Below are positions 48,591-53,342 of a DNA stretch of 53,342 bases, one piece after another. Location of the stretch: the NCBI GenBank assembly GCA_030539175.1, contig JAUNSN010000004.1, positions 1 to 53,342 on the forward strand. Reading direction: 5' to 3'. The notes under the pieces are model-generated. The model did not search any database, had not been told where the DNA came from, and saw nothing but the letters and a program-made list of their open reading frames with translations. Source of the DNA: a bacterium (lineage in GTDB: Bacteria > Bacillota_I > Bacilli_A > RF39 > UBA660). The position numbers and the translations under genes are program-made. Each line of letters opens with the position of its first letter. Positions within the stretch are counted from its first letter, which is position 1.

Positions 48591-49911
48591 ACAAATAAAA
48601 ACAAATTTAGAAGCAGAAAAAGCATTACTAGGATCAATATTTATGTCTTCAGATGCTTTAGAACTCGCATGCGAAGAATTAGAAAAAGAAGTTTTTTCGC
48701 ATCCTAGTAATGCGACAATATTTGAAGTATTACAATATCTCCACAATATAAAACAACCTGTTTCTAATCAGACAGTCGTAACAGAATTAGTGAAAAGAGA
48801 AGTATATGATAAAATTGGTGGAGCAATGTATATTAAAGAAGTTACAGATTCAGTTGCCACTTCTGCCAATATTAATTATTATATCAAAGAAGTAGTTGAG
48901 CAATACACAAGAAGAAAATTAATAGAAGTATCTACTAGTATTGTTAGCAAATCACAAGATAATAAAAATGATATAACAAGTGTTATCGAATATGCAGAAA
49001 ATAGTGTTTTAGCAATTTCAAAAATTCGTAAAACAAGTTCCTTTAGAGAAATAAGTGAAGTATTAACAAAAGTTCAACACGATTTAGAATCATTAACTAA
49101 AACTAAAGGAAATGTAACTGGTTTAACATCTGGACTATATGATTTAGATAAATTAACAACTGGATTTCATCCTAACCAATTAATTATTATAGCTGCTCGC
49201 CCAGCTGTTGGGAAAACAGCACTTGCTTTAAATTTTGCCGTAAATGCAGCTAAAGCTACTAAAAAATCAATAGTAATATTTTCGTTAGAAATGCCTGCCG
49301 AACAACTTCTTTCCAGAATGATAAGTTCATTAGGACAAATCAACGGAAGAACATTACAAACAGGAAATTTGGAAAACGATGACTGGAGACGAGTTAATGA
49401 AGCTATTAGTCAATTAGCAGATACAAATATTTACTTTCACGATGCTGGAGGTATAACTGTTAGTGAAATAAAGGCAAAATGTCGGCGACTTTCTACTAAA
49501 AACGATGGTTTAGGCTTAGTAATTATTGATTATTTACAATTAGTAGATGGTTCAAATAAAAGTAATCGTCAACAAGAAGTATCAGAAATATCAAGGGGAC
49601 TAAAAACTATGGCAATGGAATTAAATGTCCCTGTTATAGCTTTATCACAATTATCGAGAAATGTTGAAAAAAGAGAAGACAAAAAACCAGTTTTAAGCGA
49701 CTTAAGAGAATCGGGATCTATTGAGCAAGATGCAGACTTAGTCGCTGCCCTTCACTCTGCTGAAACAGAAGTAAAACAAGATGAATCACCTAATTTAACC
49801 CAATTAATTATATTAAAACATAGAAATGGTCCGACGAAGACAATTGACTTGTTATTTAAAAAAAACACATCAACATTTTTATCATTTAAGAAAGAAGATG
49901 AAAAAATATGA
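48571..49911 (+). CDS. dnaB: Replicative DNA helicase (DnaB family; DnaC in Bacillus nomenclature)
   Basis: 446 aa. 'NLEAEKALLGSIF', Walker A 'ARPAVGKTALALNFA', and 'VIIDYLQL'. The start could be the ATG at 48580. Confidence 0.95.
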   Translation: MTNMIDKQIKTNLEAEKALLGSIFMSSDALELACEELEKEVFSHPSNATIFEVLQYLHNIKQPVSNQTVVTELVKREVYDKIGGAMYIKEVTDSVATSANINYYIKEVVEQYTRRKLIEVSTSIVSKSQDNKNDITSVIEYAENSVLAISKIRKTSSFREISEVLTKVQHDLESLTKTKGNVTGLTSGLYDLDKLTTGFHPNQLIIIAARPAVGKTALALNFAVNAAKATKKSIVIFSLEMPAEQLLSRMISSLGQINGRTLQTGNLENDDWRRVNEAISQLADTNIYFHDAGGITVSEIKAKCRRLSTKNDGLGLVIIDYLQLVDGSNKSNRQQEVSEISRGLKTMAMELNVPVIALSQLSRNVEKREDKKPVLSDLRESGSIEQDADLVAALHSAETEVKQDESPNLTQLIILKHRNGPTKTIDLLFKKNTSTFLSFKKEDEKI

Positions 49912-51407
49912 AAAATAAAGTTTCGATATCTATTATATTTACCGTCATTCTATTATCCGCATCAATATTCTTACTAGGATTTAACAATGCAAGTGCAACA
50001 TATCCAGAAGAAGTATATCAAGTATATTTAGACGGAGAAGTTATTGGAACAATTAAGTCTAAAGAAAAATTTGAAAACTATATTAATAATGAGCAAGCAA
50101 CCCTAAAAGAAAAATATCAAGTAGATGCTATATATGCTCCTAAGGGAGTTGAAATAAAAAAATTAGTCACTTATAATCCTAAGTTAATAGATGAAATAAC
50201 TTTATATCAACAATTAAAACAAAAAAAACCATTTACTGTTAAGGGAACTGTAATTACTATAAAAAAGCCTAAAACTGAAGATGATAGTCAAGTTGAAGAA
50301 CAATACATTAATGTATTAGATAAAGAAATATTTGATGATGCATTAACCAAAACAATCAAAGGATTTGTGGGAGCGGAAAATTACGAAAAGTTCCTATCTG
50401 CAACTCAGGAAGAAATAAAAGATGTTGGATCAATAATAGAAAATATTTACATGCAAGAAACAGTAACATATAAAGAAGATTTAATATCAACAGATTCAAC
50501 AATATTTACTCAAGAAGATGAACTTGCTAAGTACCTGCTTTTTGGTACTACTGAAGAACAAAGTAAATATATCATTGAAGAAGGAGATACTATAGAAACA
50601 GTCGCAAATAAAAATAAATTAAGTGTTGAAGAGTTTTTAATTGCTAATCCTAAATTTAATAGTGTTAATAACCTACTCTACACTTCGCAAGAAGTTGTAG
50701 TAGGATTAATAAATCCTATTATTAATATAGTTTCTGAGGAACACGTTATCGAAACAAAAGTTAAAAATTACACGACTGAAGTGCAATACGATAGTAATCT
50801 GGCAGTTGGAATAGAAAATGAAATCCGAGCTGGAGAAGATGGATTATATAAAGTTACAGAAAAAGTTCAATATATAAACGGTCAATTAGTTCAAGTTTAT
50901 ATTGTTAACTCCACAGAATTAAAACCAGCAGTAAATAAAATAATTGTCAAAGGAGAAAAAATTATTCCTCATATTGCTGATGAAAGTTTCTGGGCTTGGC
51001 CAACTATAACCCCATACCAAATAACTAGTGGATATGCATATCGTTGGGGAAGTTTTCATGATGCTATAGATATTGCTGGTGTTGGATATGGTTCACCAGC
51101 ATATGCGGCCAATAATGCTACAGTATATAAAACTGAATATGGCCATTCAAGTATGGGCAATTACATAATATTAAATCACAATACTGGAAAATACACAATC
51201 TACATGCATTTGAAAGATATATATGTAAAAACAGGGCAAATAGTATCACGAGGACAAGTAATTGGTAGTGTTGGTAATACTGGTAATGTTTCTCCTAGAC
51301 CATCCGCATCAAATCCTTATGCTGGAACTCATCTTCACTTTGGAGTATACGTTGGTGGCCCACCATATGGAGGGGGATATTCTATTAATCCTTTAAGTAT
51401 ATACTAA
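49908..51407 (+). CDS. Membrane-anchored M23 family metallopeptidase with LysM- and G5-like modules
   Basis: N-terminal TM segment. LysM-like 'YIIEEGDTIETVANKNKLSVEEFLIANP'. G5-like 'TEVQYDSNLAVGIENEIRAGEDGLYKV'. M23 motifs 'HDAIDIAG', 'YMHL' and 'GTHLHFGV'. Confidence 0.85.
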   Translation: MKNKVSISIIFTVILLSASIFLLGFNNASATYPEEVYQVYLDGEVIGTIKSKEKFENYINNEQATLKEKYQVDAIYAPKGVEIKKLVTYNPKLIDEITLYQQLKQKKPFTVKGTVITIKKPKTEDDSQVEEQYINVLDKEIFDDALTKTIKGFVGAENYEKFLSATQEEIKDVGSIIENIYMQETVTYKEDLISTDSTIFTQEDELAKYLLFGTTEEQSKYIIEEGDTIETVANKNKLSVEEFLIANPKFNSVNNLLYTSQEVVVGLINPIINIVSEEHVIETKVKNYTTEVQYDSNLAVGIENEIRAGEDGLYKVTEKVQYINGQLVQVYIVNSTELKPAVNKIIVKGEKIIPHIADESFWAWPTITPYQITSGYAYRWGSFHDAIDIAGVGYGSPAYAANNATVYKTEYGHSSMGNYIILNHNTGKYTIYMHLKDIYVKTGQIVSRGQVIGSVGNTGNVSPRPSASNPYAGTHLHFGVYVGGPPYGGGYSINPLSIY

Positions 51408-52156
51408 TGAGAGTAGTAGTATTATCAAGTGGAAGTCGAGGGAATACAACTTATATTGAAATAAATAATATCAAGATACTTATTGATTTCGGAAATAGTA
51501 ATAAGTATGTATGTGATAAGCTAGCAAAGTTAGAAGTAAGTCCGAGTGAAATAGATTATGTATTTTTAACCCATACTCATAACGATCATATAAAAGGGTT
51601 AGAAGTTTTTCTTAAAAAAAACAATCCAACGGTATTTCTTACTAAAACTATGCATGAAAAACTTCCATATTTAAATAAGTATAAATATTTACCAACTAAT
51701 GTCTTAACAATTAACAATATTAATATAGATATCATCAATACATCTCATGATGTAGAGTCAAGAGGGTATATAATTTCATATGAAGAAAAGTCGTTAGTTT
51801 ATATTACTGATACAGGGTATATTAACCAAAAATATTTTCCTTTATTAAAAAATAAAACTATATATATAATGGAAAGTAATCATGATGTGGAAATGCTTAT
51901 GAATGGAAGATATCAATTTCCATTAAAACAAAGAATATTAGGAGATAAAGGACATTTATCCAATATAGATAGCGCAAAATACTTAGAACAGTTAATCGGG
52001 CTAAATACCAAATATATTATTCTAGCTCATCTATCTGAAGAAAATAATAACCCGCATTTAGCATATGAAACAATAAGTACTAGATTAATAAATAAAAACA
52101 TTAATAATATTTTTATAGCTACACAGAATAAAGAAACGGAAACGATAGAAATATGA
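51407..52156 (+). CDS. MBL-fold metallo-hydrolase (YycJ/WalJ-like)
   Basis: 249 aa. The 'THTHNDH' beta-lactamase-fold motif. It lies directly upstream of rlmH, as yycJ does in Bacillus. Confidence 0.82.
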   Translation: MRVVVLSSGSRGNTTYIEINNIKILIDFGNSNKYVCDKLAKLEVSPSEIDYVFLTHTHNDHIKGLEVFLKKNNPTVFLTKTMHEKLPYLNKYKYLPTNVLTINNINIDIINTSHDVESRGYIISYEEKSLVYITDTGYINQKYFPLLKNKTIYIMESNHDVEMLMNGRYQFPLKQRILGDKGHLSNIDSAKYLEQLIGLNTKYIILAHLSEENNNPHLAYETISTRLINKNINNIFIATQNKETETIEI

Positions 52157-52587
52157 TAAAATTAATAGCAGTAGGTAAAATAAAAGAGCGCTACATAAAA
52201 GATGGTATAGATGATTATCTACAACGAATTAAAAAATATACTAAAATAGAAATAATAGAAATAAAAGACACAAATATAGAAGAAGAAAAAGAAAGCATCC
52301 TGAAAGTTATAAATAAAAGGGATTACATTATTACGCTAGATATTGCGGGGAATAATTTAACTTCAATTGAATTAGCTAATAAAATGAATAAAATACTTCA
52401 ATATAATTCTAACATTACTTTTATAATTGGATCATCGCTTGGATTGCATCAAACTATAAAAGAGTTAGCTAATTTTTCACTATCTTTTTCAAAATTGACA
52501 TTTCCCCATCAATTATTTAGATTAATATTCCTAGAACAATTATATCGTAGTTATAAAATAAATAATAATGAGACTTATCATAAGTAA
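52153..52587 (+). CDS. rlmH: 23S rRNA (pseudouridine1915-N3)-methyltransferase
   Basis: 144 aa SPOUT fold. 'IKLIAVGKIKERYIKDGIDDY', 'FIIGSSLG' and 'SKLTFPHQLFRLIFLEQLYRS'. Confidence 0.92.
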   Translation: MIKLIAVGKIKERYIKDGIDDYLQRIKKYTKIEIIEIKDTNIEEEKESILKVINKRDYIITLDIAGNNLTSIELANKMNKILQYNSNITFIIGSSLGLHQTIKELANFSLSFSKLTFPHQLFRLIFLEQLYRSYKINNNETYHK

Positions 52588-52676
52588 AAAAACGATATGT
52601 AAAATGCCAAAAACAATGTAAAATAACTGGTAATATTAATTTTTTGTGATATACTGAAGAAAAGGAGGTCACTTTA

Positions 52677-52949
52677 ATGAAATTAGAAATTGAAGAAGTA
52701 ATATCAATAGCGGGCGAAAAGTATATTGTTTTAGAAACTGAAATTTATAATGAAAAAGAATATTATTTTATGAACAAATTAACGCAAGAAGAAGAGCCAA
52801 CAGAACAATATCACATATTTAGTCCTAAAGGGGAAAACGAATTAGAGGCAGTATCAAACAATGATACAGTAACAGTATTAATACCAATATTTCAAAATAA
52901 GTTAGCACAAAGAATAAAAGAGAATTTTAGAGGTGATATAATTGAATAA
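52677..52949 (+). CDS. Small acidic protein, DUF1292-like (tentative); resembles the 2250-2510 product
   Basis: 90 aa. AAGGAGGT RBS. 'GEKYIVLETEIYNEKEYYFMNKL...EEEP...Y.IF......ELEAV..ND....LIPIFQ' has the same layout as the 86-aa protein. Confidence 0.5.
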   Translation: MKLEIEEVISIAGEKYIVLETEIYNEKEYYFMNKLTQEEEPTEQYHIFSPKGENELEAVSNNDTVTVLIPIFQNKLAQRIKENFRGDIIE

Positions 52950-53342
52950 TGAAGAAATTAGATATTATTTAGATAATATCATCAACGAAATTAATAAAAA
53001 CTTTGAATATTATGAAAAGACATCGAAAAAAATTGATGAGTATGACCAAATTAGAAGTACGGAAAAAGAAATTTTTATAACTAACTATCAAACAAAAAGC
53101 AATCTTTTAAAAGATAGTTTAGAATCATTAAAAAAAGAGTGCCAACAAATTATCGAACAAATTAATCTTAATAATTACAATGGAGAAATTAGTAACGAAG
53201 TCATAAAATCGGCAAAAGAGTTCAAAGTAAAATACGATGATTTTGCAAAGTATAATTTAGGAGACATATATTTTAACTATGCTAAATCTACTTATGACAG
53301 AATAGAGCAATTAATAAAAGAATCCTATAATAATATAAATCA
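52942..53342 (+). CDS. Hypothetical N/K/E-rich helical protein (5' part only; runs off the window)
   Basis: Hand translation from the TTG at 52942 gives NNEEIRYYLDNIINEINKNFEYYEKTSKKIDEYDQIRSTEKEIF... An AGGTGA RBS precedes it, and it overlaps the upstream stop by 8 nt. The frame stays open to the window end. Confidence 0.5.
   Translation, partial: MNNEEIRYYLDNIINEINKNFEYYEKTSKKIDEYDQIRSTEKEIFITNYQTKSNLLKDSLESLKKECQQIIEQINLNNYNGEISNEVIKSAKEFKVKYDDFAKYNLGDIYFNYAKSTYDRIEQLIKESYNNIN

Overview
This window is the replication-origin region of a very AT-rich, low-GC Firmicute, judged from gene content and synteny. No searches were run. Genes diverge from a bipartite oriC that flanks dnaA. DnaA-box clusters lie at 39260-39446 and 37789-37862.

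Leftward, on the minus strand, the order is dnaA, dnaN, comK-like, recF, gyrB, gyrA, a 1.18-kb noncoding gap, a minimal SRP RNA, tadA, dnaX, ybaB, recR, bofA, holB, ricT, rsmI, pth, mfd, spoVT, tatD, rsmA, yabG, veg, spoVG, yabP, yabQ and divIC. Further out are parAB, csp, gltX, and an accessory-looking block of a 560-aa protein, a DUF1292-like protein, a Y-family polymerase and a sigma factor. ftsH, tilS and a phosphoesterase sit on the plus strand within this arm.

Rightward, on the plus strand, the order is rpmH, rnpA, yidC, jag, mnmE, rpsF-ssb-rpsR, a secreted protein, a DHH phosphoesterase, rplI, dnaB, an M23 peptidase, yycJ-like and rlmH.

The most unusual features are:
- A 3 x ~291-bp tandem array carries six consensus parS sites. 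These are interleaved with three 18-bp-arm inverted repeats of a parS variant (29371-30195).
- A stand-alone HerA/DUF87-type ATPase is inserted between rpmH and the dnaA-upstream DnaA boxes.
- A LexA-box-fronted polymerase and sigma-factor pair.
- Phased Spo0A-box-like repeats upstream of the comK-like gene.
- yabQ is split by a 41-bp duplication.
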